The notes: generated from the letters alone by a model not told the origin. Counted from the stretch's first letter, positions 1 to 10,040 are shown. The stretch is DNA of 60,564 nucleotides from Candidatus Zipacnadia bacterium (GCA_029821745.1 JALGSS010000005.1:1-60564), one strand, 5' to 3'. Made by a program: numbers and translations.

Positions 1-2946
1 GCGCTTGGTCTCGGCGGCCTCAAACAGCGCTCGCCACGGGTCACCATTTCGCGACTGCAGGCCGGGAAGGCCCAGATCGCGCGCGACGCTGCGCCGGATC
101 GCGTGGCACTTGTATCGGTTGATCCGACCCTCACGCTGCTCGAGGTCGACGGGATTCGATGGCAGATTCCAGTGACAGATGCTGTGGCAGTAGAGGTGGA
201 AGTCCAGGCCCTCCTGGCCGATCGAAGTCGTCGCGAGGATGAAGGGCCGGAAGGGTGAGTTAAAGGCGCGGCGCACATCGCCTCGGCGGGCGACCGCGCC
301 GTCCTCCGAGCGCAAATCGCCGAAGCGCAGCGCGTATCGGCAGCGCAACCGGATATCGCCATTCTTGCGCAGTCCGCGCTTCGGCCCCCAGTCGAAATGG
401 TCCAGCGATAGGGGCGCTCCCATCAGCGAGAGGACCTGTGCCACCTCTTCGGCCACCTCCCACGCGATCCGGGCCGGGCCTGCGTCGATCAGCCCCAGGC
501 TCTCGCGGAGCACGTGAACGTACTCGTCCATCACCGCCTGCAGGTTCCCGCCCACGCAGTGCTCCAGCACCATGCGCCAGTAAGGCGATTTCTGCCGACG
601 GCCGGGCGGCCTGAGCAGGGACCTGACGTCGTGGAGGCTGAAGAGCGTACGGAAGCCCAACGCCATCCGAGCCGCCCCGGCCATGAGATGCTCGGGGGCT
701 TTGCTCAGGCCATCGGGCGTCTGGCGAAGAAGCCCTCGCAGCGCAACGACTCCCGGACCGGCCAGCGCCATCAGCGCGATGACTTCGTAGAGATCGTCGG
801 GCGGCGGCCCCAGCTCGGACTCGCCCGCAAAGCAGTTCCCGAACTCAGCGACGTGGTCCGGGAAGCCCTCCGGCACTTTGGTCGCCTTGCCCTCATCGCC
901 GCGTATCTCGAGCATCTTCGACCATCGCAGATCGTCATCGCCCGTGTCCAGCCACTCCTGCACCTTCTCGGGGTGACGCTTGGCGTCCAGCCGCGCGAGA
1001 GCAGCCCAGTACCACGACTCATCGGCGCGTTGAGTGCGTCCTTCGCGCGTGTGGGCTTCCCTCTGGACAATCGGCTCCAGCAGTTCCCGCACTTTGGCCT
1101 CGACACGCGTCTGCAGCTCATCGAGATGGATGCCCTCGGGGTGAGACATCGCATCCCACAGGGGATCGATTTCCGTGGCGAGGGTTACGCACGGGTAGAG
1201 CATCCCGAGCACTGGCATGCCCGTCAGCCTGCCCTGCTCACGAGCAAACTCAAGCAGCCGCGCCACTTCCGAGGTCGCTTTTGAGTACTGCACTTCCTGC
1301 GCTTCAGCCATCATTCGTCGCTCGGCCTCGTAGCTGCACAGCGTTGCGATGGCTCGCGGGACCATACCCCACGATGAGAACACGAGGCGCTTGGTGAAGT
1401 CGCGCAACTCCGGTCGGTCATAGTGGGACCCGTTGCGGTAGTAAGGCAGCGACGGCGGTATCCACAGCAACCGCCACGCCTCGTTGTCGAGCATGTCCGC
1501 CATCAGCGCGCGCATGCGGCCATTGCGTGGGTCCAGCTCCGCATAGTCCTCGATGGCATCCGGGCGCAACAGCGCGCCATCTGGTATTGACTCGGGCTTG
1601 ACACGCGTGTGGGCGTCAAGCTGATCGATGAGCTGGCGCTTCAGCTTGTAGGATGGTCCGTCCATCACGTTGAGTAAGTAGGGCGCGGACTTCCAGTAGT
1701 CGACAGGCGCAGGCCCATCGACCGCCTCGCCCAGTTGGTCAAAGAGGGCGTAGTCGCGCAGGTCGCTCGGCTCCAGCGGAACGAACTCATCCGCCGCGCT
1801 CTGGATCATTTCCTCATCGGCGCTACGGCCGCGCTCATTGCGCACCATGACTTTGCACAGCTGCGCCTCCACACGATTGCGCGCCTCTTCGAGCGGCGCC
1901 ATTCCGGCGTGGTGCGCCCCGTGAAGGCCCTCTCGGAAGTCTCCGAGCGCCTCCTTGAGCTGATCGACAGAAGCATCATCATCGAGCAGGTACCGGGAGA
2001 CAGCGATGAAGTCATCGTAGTGGTCCTCGTCCTCTCCCGAGCCGGTGTACATCCTATAGGGCGTGGCCGAGAGCAGGAGAAGCCTAACGTCCTGCCAGTT
2101 GAGCAGTTCGTGTGCCAGGAAGCTCTCTTCATCGCCGCCGTCGATGATCTCGCGGTAACGCTGGAACTCATCGAGGATAATCAGGTCGGGCTCCAGCGCA
2201 CGGACGCAGACAGTGGCCAGACGCATGCGCAGTTTGGCTATCAAATCTCCGCGCCGGCTGCCGGCTCCCGATGGCAATGGACGGCAGGAGAAGTCGCCAC
2301 AGACGCTCTTGTACTGCTTCCGCAAATCCGGGTCGTCGCGTACGCTGTTGACGAAGGCCTTCTCAAGCGAGGCGTCGATCTCACGGCCGGAGATATCCCT
2401 GAGCTCCCTCTTCCAGCCTTTCTTGCCGCAGGTGCACCTGAACGCCTTAGTGGCGCCGCGCGTCTTGCTGAGGTGCCAGTGCGGATCGAGCATGCGCCAG
2501 ATCAACGCGCGCTCAATCGCGCGACCAGTGCTCGACTTCAAATCGAACGACGTCCCCGGCGTCAGACCCAATATGTTGACGCGCCGACTATTGAGTTCCG
2601 AGGCCTGAATTGGCATCAGCGTGATCCGCGTGCAGAGCGCGTCTGCATCGACGTCCGCGAGGAAGTTGAGGCGATTAAGGTTCTGCCGGACGATGTCCTG
2701 ATTGCTGCACACGTAGACGATGTCGATGCGCTTGACGTCGCCCTGCAGGTGCTCGATGGTTCGGGCAGTCACACCGCGCGCAACCAGCGTCTTTCCCAGT
2801 CCCACCTCATCGGCCACAAGGAAGCGCCCCGATCCATCGCTACTGCAAAAGAGGCGCTCGAAGACGTAGTCAACTGTGCGCCGCTGGAAGTCTTTCAGGG
2901 GCGCAATGACTTCCTCAACGCGCTGGTGCGTTATGGGATCACGCAT
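1..2946 (-). CDS. SF2 (SNF2/DEAD-like) helicase, C-terminus cut by window edge; last gene of the DUF6361-like/PLD/helicase module
   Basis: Absent from the ORF track because the frame reaches position 1 without a stop. My own reverse-strand translation from the ATG at 2946 gives 982 uninterrupted codons: MRDPITHQRVEEVIAPLKDFQRRTVDYVFERL... Motif I is FLVADEVGLGKT, motif II LIILDEFQRY, motif III LLLSATPY, and motifs V/VI ILATTSIGQEGLDFH...NPVDLEQREGRINRY. The start overlaps the PLD stop by 8 nt (ATGCGTGA). Plus-strand ORFs 514..1284 and 1735..2991 are antisense artefacts of this gene. Confidence 0.85.
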   Translation of the reverse strand, partial: MRDPITHQRVEEVIAPLKDFQRRTVDYVFERLFCSSDGSGRFLVADEVGLGKTLVARGVTARTIEHLQGDVKRIDIVYVCSNQDIVRQNLNRLNFLADVDADALCTRITLMPIQASELNSRRVNILGLTPGTSFDLKSSTGRAIERALIWRMLDPHWHLSKTRGATKAFRCTCGKKGWKRELRDISGREIDASLEKAFVNSVRDDPDLRKQYKSVCGDFSCRPLPSGAGSRRGDLIAKLRMRLATVCVRALEPDLIILDEFQRYREIIDGGDEESFLAHELLNWQDVRLLLLSATPYRMYTGSGEDEDHYDDFIAVSRYLLDDDASVDQLKEALGDFREGLHGAHHAGMAPLEEARNRVEAQLCKVMVRNERGRSADEEMIQSAADEFVPLEPSDLRDYALFDQLGEAVDGPAPVDYWKSAPYLLNVMDGPSYKLKRQLIDQLDAHTRVKPESIPDGALLRPDAIEDYAELDPRNGRMRALMADMLDNEAWRLLWIPPSLPYYRNGSHYDRPELRDFTKRLVFSSWGMVPRAIATLCSYEAERRMMAEAQEVQYSKATSEVARLLEFAREQGRLTGMPVLGMLYPCVTLATEIDPLWDAMSHPEGIHLDELQTRVEAKVRELLEPIVQREAHTREGRTQRADESWYWAALARLDAKRHPEKVQEWLDTGDDDLRWSKMLEIRGDEGKATKVPEGFPDHVAEFGNCFAGESELGPPPDDLYEVIALMALAGPGVVALRGLLRQTPDGLSKAPEHLMAGAARMALGFRTLFSLHDVRSLLRPPGRRQKSPYWRMVLEHCVGGNLQAVMDEYVHVLRESLGLIDAGPARIAWEVAEEVAQVLSLMGAPLSLDHFDWGPKRGLRKNGDIRLRCRYALRFGDLRSEDGAVARRGDVRRAFNSPFRPFILATTSIGQEGLDFHLYCHSICHWNLPSNPVDLEQREGRINRYKCHAIRRSVARDLGLPGLQSRNGDPWRALFEAAETKR

Positions 2947-4807
2947 CAGTCTCACCCCGCGCGATCTCGAAGGCGCGCCAAAGCTGCATGAACTCGTGCG
3001 GCACGATCTTCTTCCCCGTCTCGGTCTTCCGCAGGCGGGTTACGAGATCGCCGATGTCGTCGAGGCGCTCCGGTTGTCGGCTGAAGGCGCGCACGAGTTC
3101 TTCGAGCAGCGGCACCATTGCGTCATTCCCGCCGGTGTGCCCATTCGCAAACAGCCAGGATGTCTTCCCGAGCACCTCGAGCTCCACCGCCTCGTCGTCC
3201 CATAGCAGCATGAGCAAGTAGCGCAGGAAGCCATCGCTGTCCTCGATCATCCGCGCGATGAGATCGTCCTCACGCTCTTCAGGCATGGAGCCTTCGCGTA
3301 TCGGCAAGTTCATCACGAGTTGCTTCGACTCGCCCTCCACGTGTATCTCAAAGAGAACGAATGTCGTCAGGGTCTCGAGTGACACTCGCTCGAACACGAC
3401 GGGCTCTCCGCGCCACAACGCCGAAGCATCGCGAAGGCTCGCCTCCTGCTGGCGAGAGATGGGGCGGCAGCGGACCGTGGCGTCGGGTGGCAACTCGTGC
3501 GGCGCGCCGGCGGGATCAATCACCAGGTCCCAGAGACCGTCCCCTGCGCGAGCGATACCCAGCCCCGGATCAAGTGCGATCAAGTCACCACGGAGTTGTC
3601 GCAGCCTCTGCTCAACGGGCTGGTCCGGCGGTGGCTCGAAGTTGGGCCCTCGTGTGTAGGGCATGAGCAGGTTGCGTAGCGTTGCGTCCCTTTGCTGCTC
3701 GTCATCGTCATTCGGAAGGATGCGGTCGATGCCGAGGGTCCCGACCTTGCCCTGGAGCTGAACGCCAAACTCCACGTTGCGGTCGCCGAAGGCGGCGTCA
3801 GTAGCGTTAGCGGAGCCGATCAGCACCCACGTATCGTCGCCGTGCTCGGTCACGATGATCTTTGCGTGAAGTCCACGTAGCGTCTCGCCAGCCTCAGGCT
3901 CATGACCCGGGACGGCCTCGTCGATCTCGTCGTCTGATGGCTCATCGGCCACATCGTCAAGCCAGTAGTAGACGCTGCAGGCACTGAGCCGATCAATAGT
4001 CTCCTGCCGAAGGCCATCCAGTGCATCCACCCGCGAAATCAGGATGCCCTCAGTGGCGTTATCGAACAGGGAACTGACGGTGTTGTCTGACAGAAACGGA
4101 GAGATGACGAGTCGCCGGTCCGCCCTGCCGGTGGAAAGACTGTCATAGCCGTCAATGCCGATTGGGCGGTAGCGCTGGTGCGACACGCTCTCGGGCCGAT
4201 CGAACCACACATGCCTGAGGTCCTGTGCGAGTCCCTTGATTGCCTCGCGCCGATCCCTATCAAGCGGTTGTGCGCAAAGGTCGGGCAGGGCGGAGACGAA
4301 ATCCACAAGCGGGTCGTGGAAGTTGCGCCCCTCCTCAGTGGGCCAGCCGTCGGCCACGAACATGGTGTCCCACGAGCGATCGAGGGTCAGATTGCGCGAG
4401 AGCACCACGAGCCGGTAGCAGTAATCACCCTCTTCGGCCTCGTAGCGCGCGAGCCATATCTTCGGATGGAAGACGCCGCCGCGGGGAGCCTGCACCTCGG
4501 CCACGACCGGCTCCAGCAAGCTGAACAACCGCGAGTACTGCCGCGGCTGTGCGATCTGCGCCTGCTCGCAGAAAACCGTGGTCCGTCGAGCTACCCGCTG
4601 CAGTGAAGCCAGCGCCTGGATTGGGTCGGGAAGGCCGTCCTCTGCCACGTCAAGCGACCCGAAGGCCATCGGGACAGCAGCCATCAGCAGCGCCTGCAGA
4701 TCGAGCGAGTAGGTCGTAGCGACCGCCATATCCAGCGTGTATCCTGGTGGCGGTACGAGGGGCTCCCAGTAGACCTGTCTGTCCGAGGGGTCAAGCATGG
4801 TTCTCAA
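2939..4807 (-). CDS. Phospholipase D (HKD) superfamily protein, probable nuclease
   Basis: 622-aa ORF with two HKD motifs: GVFHPKIWLARY, and GLHAKIIVTEHGDDTWVLIGSANATDAAF (HxK..D..GSxN). The likely true start is the ATG at 4798 (MLDPSD), which overlaps the upstream stop by 8 nt (ATGCTTGA). The next junction has the same 8-nt overlap. Confidence 0.9.
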   Translation of the reverse strand: MRTMLDPSDRQVYWEPLVPPPGYTLDMAVATTYSLDLQALLMAAVPMAFGSLDVAEDGLPDPIQALASLQRVARRTTVFCEQAQIAQPRQYSRLFSLLEPVVAEVQAPRGGVFHPKIWLARYEAEEGDYCYRLVVLSRNLTLDRSWDTMFVADGWPTEEGRNFHDPLVDFVSALPDLCAQPLDRDRREAIKGLAQDLRHVWFDRPESVSHQRYRPIGIDGYDSLSTGRADRRLVISPFLSDNTVSSLFDNATEGILISRVDALDGLRQETIDRLSACSVYYWLDDVADEPSDDEIDEAVPGHEPEAGETLRGLHAKIIVTEHGDDTWVLIGSANATDAAFGDRNVEFGVQLQGKVGTLGIDRILPNDDDEQQRDATLRNLLMPYTRGPNFEPPPDQPVEQRLRQLRGDLIALDPGLGIARAGDGLWDLVIDPAGAPHELPPDATVRCRPISRQQEASLRDASALWRGEPVVFERVSLETLTTFVLFEIHVEGESKQLVMNLPIREGSMPEEREDDLIARMIEDSDGFLRYLLMLLWDDEAVELEVLGKTSWLFANGHTGGNDAMVPLLEELVRAFSRQPERLDDIGDLVTRLRKTETGKKIVPHEFMQLWRAFEIARGETDA

Positions 4808-6089
4808 GCTCCAGGCCCTGGACGATATCCGCGATCATTGTGCGCACTGTGACCCAGCGGAAATCGAGTGTGCTGACTTGCCCGAGCCCAGTCCACCGCT
4901 CAAGCCGCCGCCCACCGTGAACGCGAGCCCGTCGGCCCTTTACGCGCACCTCACGTTCAGCAATCATCTGTTTGGCTTCATGGTCGCCGGCGAGGTCATG
5001 AAGATCGGCCAGCCCGAGCAAGTGGGCCCGCCAGCGGCCCTCAAAGCTCAGAGCGCTCCTCGATGGCCGTCGCTGCTGAACTGCCAGCCACTGCCCGGGG
5101 TCCGCGTGCTGCGCATGTGCGGAGAGTCTCGGTACATTCAGGTCGGCCCAGTCGAGAAGCTGTTCGCGATAACCCTCCGGGGCTTCGGCGCACTCATCCA
5201 TTTCGGCAAGCACCAGCGCATACACCAGATTCGCCCCTTGCATGAGTTCCGCGAACGACTGCGCGCGGTCCATCTCCTCGCGGAGTTCGGAGGACAACCT
5301 CTGGGTTTCGGGCACGGCCCAGAGTCGCGGGGTGTCACCGTCAGCCACACGCAGATCAATAAGCCGCGCCAGGAGCGCATCCGGATGCTCCTCCATGGTG
5401 CGGTCTCGAAGGAAGATCGCCTCTGCATGCTGCAGCGCCAGCGTCTTTGCCGCCGGCCATTCCTCAGGCGAGACGGGAAGCTTGGGATGCCAGTTGTGCT
5501 GTGCCGCCGTCTCCTGCTGGACCTCGCTGTCAAGCCCGCGACGATGCTTCAGACGCTCATAGAAGCCATCGAGCTTCTGGTGGTAGGCTCTGCGAAGACC
5601 CTCGAAGCGCCGGATGCCCCAGCTCTCGAGACCCGTCCAGTAGATGCTGCTGGGCATCTGGAGCACTGAGCGCCCGGCTTGCGCGCCAATGATGCCGGGC
5701 TCGTCGGGGCAGTTGCGCTGGAGAGATACGACGACGTGCTCCTCATACTCCCTGACGCGGTCCTGAATTTGCCCGGAGGATATCCGCTGCACTTCCAGAT
5801 CTCGGTACATCCAGGGAACGAAGAGCATGTAGCGGGCGCGTGTCTGGATGGTGCTGGTTCCGGGGAAGAAGAAGTCCGAGAACGCATCGCGGATCGTGCC
5901 AATGCCAAGCTGATCGAGCGTCTCGCGCTCCGCCCAGGCGCCGAGAAGTTCCATCATCCGGCGCTGCTGGTCAGCGGAGAAGTCGACCCAGGTCAGGCTT
6001 GCTGGCAAAGCGATTTCCCCCACTGATTGCGCGGCTCGGGCCCGGCGGCGGAAGGGCACGTGTAGACGAGCAGACATGATGAAGTTCAT
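4791..6089 (-). CDS. Hypothetical protein, DUF6361-like (tentative)
   Basis: 432-aa ORF, first gene of the three-gene module. The N-terminal signature LTWVDFSADQQRRMMELL...LGIGTIRDAFSDFFFPGTSTIQTRARYMLFVPWMY resembles what I recall of the DUF6361 family, which accompanies PLD plus helicase genes. This is assigned from memory, not from a search. Confidence 0.6.
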   Translation of the reverse strand: MNFIMSARLHVPFRRRARAAQSVGEIALPASLTWVDFSADQQRRMMELLGAWAERETLDQLGIGTIRDAFSDFFFPGTSTIQTRARYMLFVPWMYRDLEVQRISSGQIQDRVREYEEHVVVSLQRNCPDEPGIIGAQAGRSVLQMPSSIYWTGLESWGIRRFEGLRRAYHQKLDGFYERLKHRRGLDSEVQQETAAQHNWHPKLPVSPEEWPAAKTLALQHAEAIFLRDRTMEEHPDALLARLIDLRVADGDTPRLWAVPETQRLSSELREEMDRAQSFAELMQGANLVYALVLAEMDECAEAPEGYREQLLDWADLNVPRLSAHAQHADPGQWLAVQQRRPSRSALSFEGRWRAHLLGLADLHDLAGDHEAKQMIAEREVRVKGRRARVHGGRRLERWTGLGQVSTLDFRWVTVRTMIADIVQGLELENHA

Positions 6090-6277
6090 CGGACCGGGGG
6101 TCAGACCTTCATCTTAGGTTGCTCAGGCCGCCGAACTGCCCGACGAACACTGGCCATGTTGGGCGGCGATGCCGAGGAACTGCCATTCGGGACCCCGGGC
6201 ACTTGACCGGACCTTCCATGAGGCCCGGAGCGCGGGTCCATTGGGACGCCAACGACGAGGTCTGGCAGTCGCGCCTA

Positions 6278-7048
6278 CTACGCTATCCCCAGTATCCATC
6301 CTTCAAGCTCTACCTGTCGCCGCTCTCCATCAGTCAGTGGTGGCATCATGTATCTCGGCAGAAAGCCGTTGTCGCAGGTCTCTTTGAGCCATCGGGCGGT
6401 GGCGTACGCGTCCTGTTGGTCGGCGGTGCGGTCTTCCCGCGAGTACCGGCCCTTGAAGATGGCCGGGTAGACCTCGACGATCGCCGACTTCCCAGAAGGA
6501 ATCTCCCAGCCATCGAAGGGCCAGAAGTGCACCCGATCCCCGACCTCGTTGCGGATATGCCAGAGCCAGGGAATCCCGGTGTGCGTGGACTTGGAGACTT
6601 GGCCCTGGACGTCGAACAGGAAGACCGACTTGGCCGAACTGGTCCACTTATCACAGAGGCGGAACTCATCAGGACTGCCAACGCGCTGGGGATCGCCAAA
6701 GCGAATGGCGTCCACCTTCACGTCCGGCTTGTGGGTGGGCCAATGCTCGACGAAGTCTTCAAGGAACTCATCCCACCCGGTAGGCCCATACCGCTCGAAG
6801 TAACTGTGCGGGAAGCTGAAGGCGTGGTCGATACCGGCTACGAACCGTTGATCGCATCTGGCCTGCTCAACCAGCCACTCGGCGATCTCCATCCGGGACC
6901 AGTTCCAGTGCTTGCCCTCCGGTGCGGCAGGGGTCCGGACCAACTCGGGCATCCCATCCTTGGCAGCGTATACTTGGAGGGTTCTCGAACGAGACCGCGT
7001 CGTCGCAGCCCCGCTGTAGTCGATGCCGATGTATTGGTCGAAGTCCAT
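6278..7048 (-). CDS. Hypothetical protein, possible RNase-H-like/DUF429-like fold (weak)
   Basis: 256-aa ORF, last gene of the nine-gene cluster, 45 nt downstream of the previous gene. The N-terminus MDFDQYIGIDYSGA resembles the first acidic strand of RNase-H-fold/DUF429-type proteins. No other motif recognised. Confidence 0.55.
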   Translation of the reverse strand: MDFDQYIGIDYSGAATTRSRSRTLQVYAAKDGMPELVRTPAAPEGKHWNWSRMEIAEWLVEQARCDQRFVAGIDHAFSFPHSYFERYGPTGWDEFLEDFVEHWPTHKPDVKVDAIRFGDPQRVGSPDEFRLCDKWTSSAKSVFLFDVQGQVSKSTHTGIPWLWHIRNEVGDRVHFWPFDGWEIPSGKSAIVEVYPAIFKGRYSREDRTADQQDAYATARWLKETCDNGFLPRYMMPPLTDGERRQVELEGWILGIA

Positions 7049-7092
7049 ATGTCACGCCCTTCTGCTGCAATTCAACTGAAAGCGACCGGTAC

Positions 7093-8376
7093 TCATTGCG
7101 CAGACGGCAACAGCAGCCGAAGATCGGCCTGTGCCTCCGCCTCCTCGCTCTCAAAGAGGCCCCTCAACTCCCCGTTGGTGATGGCCTCGTCACCCTTCTT
7201 CAGCCAGTCTCGATATTGTCCGACGAGCCACATGTAGCGGTCCAGGTCACGCAGCGATGCCTCGATAGTCGACAGTTCTCGGACCCGCTCCAGGTTCGCC
7301 ATGAAAGCCCTATAGGGATTGCCGGCATCCGGCACGCGCCCGCCCGGGCCGAGATGGTAAGAGACCATGATTCGGCAGAATGAATCGTAGATTGGATAGC
7401 GGTCACCGTCGACGAAGAAGTGTAGAATCTTGGAGGTGAAGCTCCAGTGACGCTGCGCCACTGCATCTCCCTCTGCGTTGGGCAGCGACGCGATCGCCTC
7501 AGCCAAGTCGTCCTCGTCCGCCGGAGGGTCGGCCATCACGTGCATGAGATGCTCGGCCATCCGCCAGATGGCGAACACGTTGGTCGAGTAGAGATCGTTG
7601 ATAGCGGCCGATTTCAGGATGCACGACTCTCGACCCCAGCCCGGGAACCGTTCGCCGAGTTGCTCGAAGGCTCTGTCGGTAGAAGACCACTGTGGGCATC
7701 GGGCGTGCAACCGGTTGGCGGCATCAATCTGTGCCTGCGTGATGGGAATGGCCGCCCTCGCCTGCTTTGGAGCAGGCTCAACGGGTGTCGCAGTTGGTTC
7801 CCGTCGCTCCGGGTAGACCAGCTCCCCGTCATCGCAGCAAATCGCGAAGCCGCCATCCTCATCTTCCTCGATGCTCCATACCCCATGCTTCTCCGGCCTG
7901 CACCACTCGAGTTCGCCGATAGCCGGACGGTAGAGAAAGTCGTAGCGGAGATCGTCGCAGACCCTTGCCCGACGGTTCTCCGAGTAGTGGACACGCGATG
8001 GATGGTTGACTGTGCAGACAATACGTTGGGCGTCGATCGTCCCAAGATTGGTGTCGGGATACCGCCCAATGATCCAATCCCTCACGGCCACGTTGGTGGT
8101 CGGGCTCCCGAGCTCCTCGACCGCCTCGCGAACCATCTGACGAACAGGTGGATAGTGCACCGCAACTCCTCCTGAGTGGCTGACCCAGGCCTCAGCAGCC
8201 TGGCACGTGATTGGGCTCGTCCAGATCCGGTCCAAGCAGAACACAAGCAGGGCGATGGCTGTAGCGACGAGTAGGGCCAGGACGGCGCCCAGCTGCGTGT
8301 TGCACCAGGTTAAGGCGCCTTGGGCAGACGAGAGACGTCGGTCGGTGAAACCGGCGTATGGTAGCTGTGTATCCAC
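7093..8376 (-). CDS. Hypothetical protein with N-terminal TM helix and C-terminal OGG-fold-like region (tentative)
   Basis: 427-aa ORF. There is a hydrophobic stretch LGAVLALLVATAIALLVFCL near the N-terminus. The C-terminal half (ILKSAAINDLYSTNVFAIWRMAEHL...HWSFTSKILHFFVDGDRYPIYDSF) resembles uncharacterised proteins labelled 8-oxoguanine-glycosylase OGG-fold. The start is uncertain: the annotated start overlaps the HerA-like gene by 66 nt, and the next in-frame ATG is about 80 codons downstream. Confidence 0.6.
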   Translation of the reverse strand: MDTQLPYAGFTDRRLSSAQGALTWCNTQLGAVLALLVATAIALLVFCLDRIWTSPITCQAAEAWVSHSGGVAVHYPPVRQMVREAVEELGSPTTNVAVRDWIIGRYPDTNLGTIDAQRIVCTVNHPSRVHYSENRRARVCDDLRYDFLYRPAIGELEWCRPEKHGVWSIEEDEDGGFAICCDDGELVYPERREPTATPVEPAPKQARAAIPITQAQIDAANRLHARCPQWSSTDRAFEQLGERFPGWGRESCILKSAAINDLYSTNVFAIWRMAEHLMHVMADPPADEDDLAEAIASLPNAEGDAVAQRHWSFTSKILHFFVDGDRYPIYDSFCRIMVSYHLGPGGRVPDAGNPYRAFMANLERVRELSTIEASLRDLDRYMWLVGQYRDWLKKGDEAITNGELRGLFESEEAEAQADLRLLLPSAQ

Positions 8377-10040
8377 CGGCCCTTGATGTAACGCACCTGG
8401 TTGCCACCAGGGAGGACGGCGAAGTCACCGGGTTCGGCTTCCGTGATGAAGCGATCAACCGTTGTCCTGGCCCTTCCCGGGAGACTCGCCGATTCGAGTG
8501 CCTTGCTTCGGTCCCTCTTCGTGCCCAAGCGCCCTATGACCTGGAAGCCACAGTTGGACAGAGCTCTGTAATCAACATCGCCCGGGTTCTGGGTTGCCAT
8601 CACCACACACACGCCGAATGATCTTCCTTGGCGAACCAGGTAGTTGAGGCCCCACTTAGCTGCACACTCATAGGGGTGGCTGGCGAACAGGGCCTGCTTA
8701 CCACCACCTCCCCCAATCTCGTCAATGAAGAGCAGTAGACGCGGTGATGAAGAGCCGGTGAGCGATCTCATCCAATTGTTGATGGCGCTTGTCACCTGAG
8801 CCACGACGAAGCTTCGGTCCTCGAACTCCATCACGTCGCCCAGGTTGATTATGCTGAGGGGGACGCGATCGTGTTCGCTCTGTGGGAGGAAGAGCTTGAT
8901 GTCCAGGGGTGTCCCCTCAAACCACTTGGCATCAGGCCCAGTGATAAGCCCGTTGACCTTGTTCAACAGGCGATTGCGCCGGTTCTCAGCATCAATATAT
9001 TGGCCGATCTCAAGTTCACCTATCTTGCTGAACGGAGGGTCTTGGATCAGGCGCATCAGGTTCGCAACGCCTTCCTTACCGTGGAGGCTGACTCCAGTGA
9101 GCCAAGCCGACTTCACAAGCTCAAACAGGAAGCTGCGCTCGTTCTCGATCTTCTGCCTCTTCGTGCCAGGATAGAGGCGATCGAGGAAGGCGTCCGTTTG
9201 GTTCCGGACCAATTCGTCCAAGTTACCGGACTCCTGGAGCTTCGCCACTCCTTCTGGCGCTGCGATCGCGGCGGGGAACCCCAACTGCACGCCACGAGGC
9301 ACTCGCGGCGTGTACACAACAGTGCGAGTTCGGGCACTGAGAAGTCCGGCGGTGCCCAGCGCGCTCTCCTTGCTGCAGCACCCGCTATGGCGTCTCCAGT
9401 GTTCGGACAGCTCGCGCTGTGCTGCCTTCATACGCTGTTGCTCAGAGTCGCCGTGGACCCAACCGGCCAACAGCTCGGGATCATCTCTGTCCAGCCAAAG
9501 CGCCATCGAGCTGATGTCGCCCTTGAGGTCCACTGCCACGCAAGGGATGCCTTGCTGAAGAGCTTCCTCCAACAGTGCTTTGGCGAGAACTGTCTTGCCA
9601 GACCCAGTGGCCCCGCAGATGAAGGCGTGCGTCAGCATCTTCTCCGCCTCAACATGGTAGCGGGCCCCGAGGTCGTCCTTCACTGCCCCAATCATCGTCC
9701 ATTCCCTGCCGAGGAACAGACCGGCAGGCGATGAGACCGCCGCATCGCCTGTCAGAAGACGAATGCGCCCATCGCCAAAGTCCGTCACGTCGATGACGAT
9801 GTCTGTCTCGCCATCAGCGACGTATCTGCCGCACCAGCGTCGGAGGTCGCTTCCCGTGAGCCGACGTGTTTGTGCATCGATGCGAAGAGCATAGCTCTCC
9901 CCTTCGGCATCCAGCGCCAACACTGACACTTGGTCTGTGATGCCCATATCTTCGAGCATCTCTGGCGGCACCTCAAGGCCGTCTCGACGAAGCCTGGATG
10001 CGGGGATGGAGTAGCACATGTCCGAAGCTGGTCCGGTCAT
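8310..10040 (-). CDS. HerA/FtsK-type (DUF87-like) P-loop ATPase with N-terminal B3-like barrel (tentative)
   Basis: 576-aa ORF. Walker A is FICGATGSGKT and Walker B RLLLFIDEIGG, followed by VCVVMATQNPGDVDY, typical of HerA/VirB4-like ATPases. The ATG overlaps the stop of the 95-aa gene (ATGA). The N-terminal ~110 aa end in RRLTGSDLRRWCGRYVADGETDIVIDV, which resembles the GW..F....L..GD.v.F tail of B3/EcoRII-N pseudobarrels. Confidence 0.85.
   Translation of the reverse strand: MTGPASDMCYSIPASRLRRDGLEVPPEMLEDMGITDQVSVLALDAEGESYALRIDAQTRRLTGSDLRRWCGRYVADGETDIVIDVTDFGDGRIRLLTGDAAVSSPAGLFLGREWTMIGAVKDDLGARYHVEAEKMLTHAFICGATGSGKTVLAKALLEEALQQGIPCVAVDLKGDISSMALWLDRDDPELLAGWVHGDSEQQRMKAAQRELSEHWRRHSGCCSKESALGTAGLLSARTRTVVYTPRVPRGVQLGFPAAIAAPEGVAKLQESGNLDELVRNQTDAFLDRLYPGTKRQKIENERSFLFELVKSAWLTGVSLHGKEGVANLMRLIQDPPFSKIGELEIGQYIDAENRRNRLLNKVNGLITGPDAKWFEGTPLDIKLFLPQSEHDRVPLSIINLGDVMEFEDRSFVVAQVTSAINNWMRSLTGSSSPRLLLFIDEIGGGGGKQALFASHPYECAAKWGLNYLVRQGRSFGVCVVMATQNPGDVDYRALSNCGFQVIGRLGTKRDRSKALESASLPGRARTTVDRFITEAEPGDFAVLPGGNQVRYIKGRWIHSYHTPVSPTDVSRLPKAP

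Noticed and set aside
514-2991. Long plus-strand ORFs 514..1284 and 1735..2991
   Set aside because: They are antisense to the uninterrupted minus-strand helicase frame. Their translations are Arg/Ala/Pro-rich with no motifs, a typical GC-rich shadow frame.
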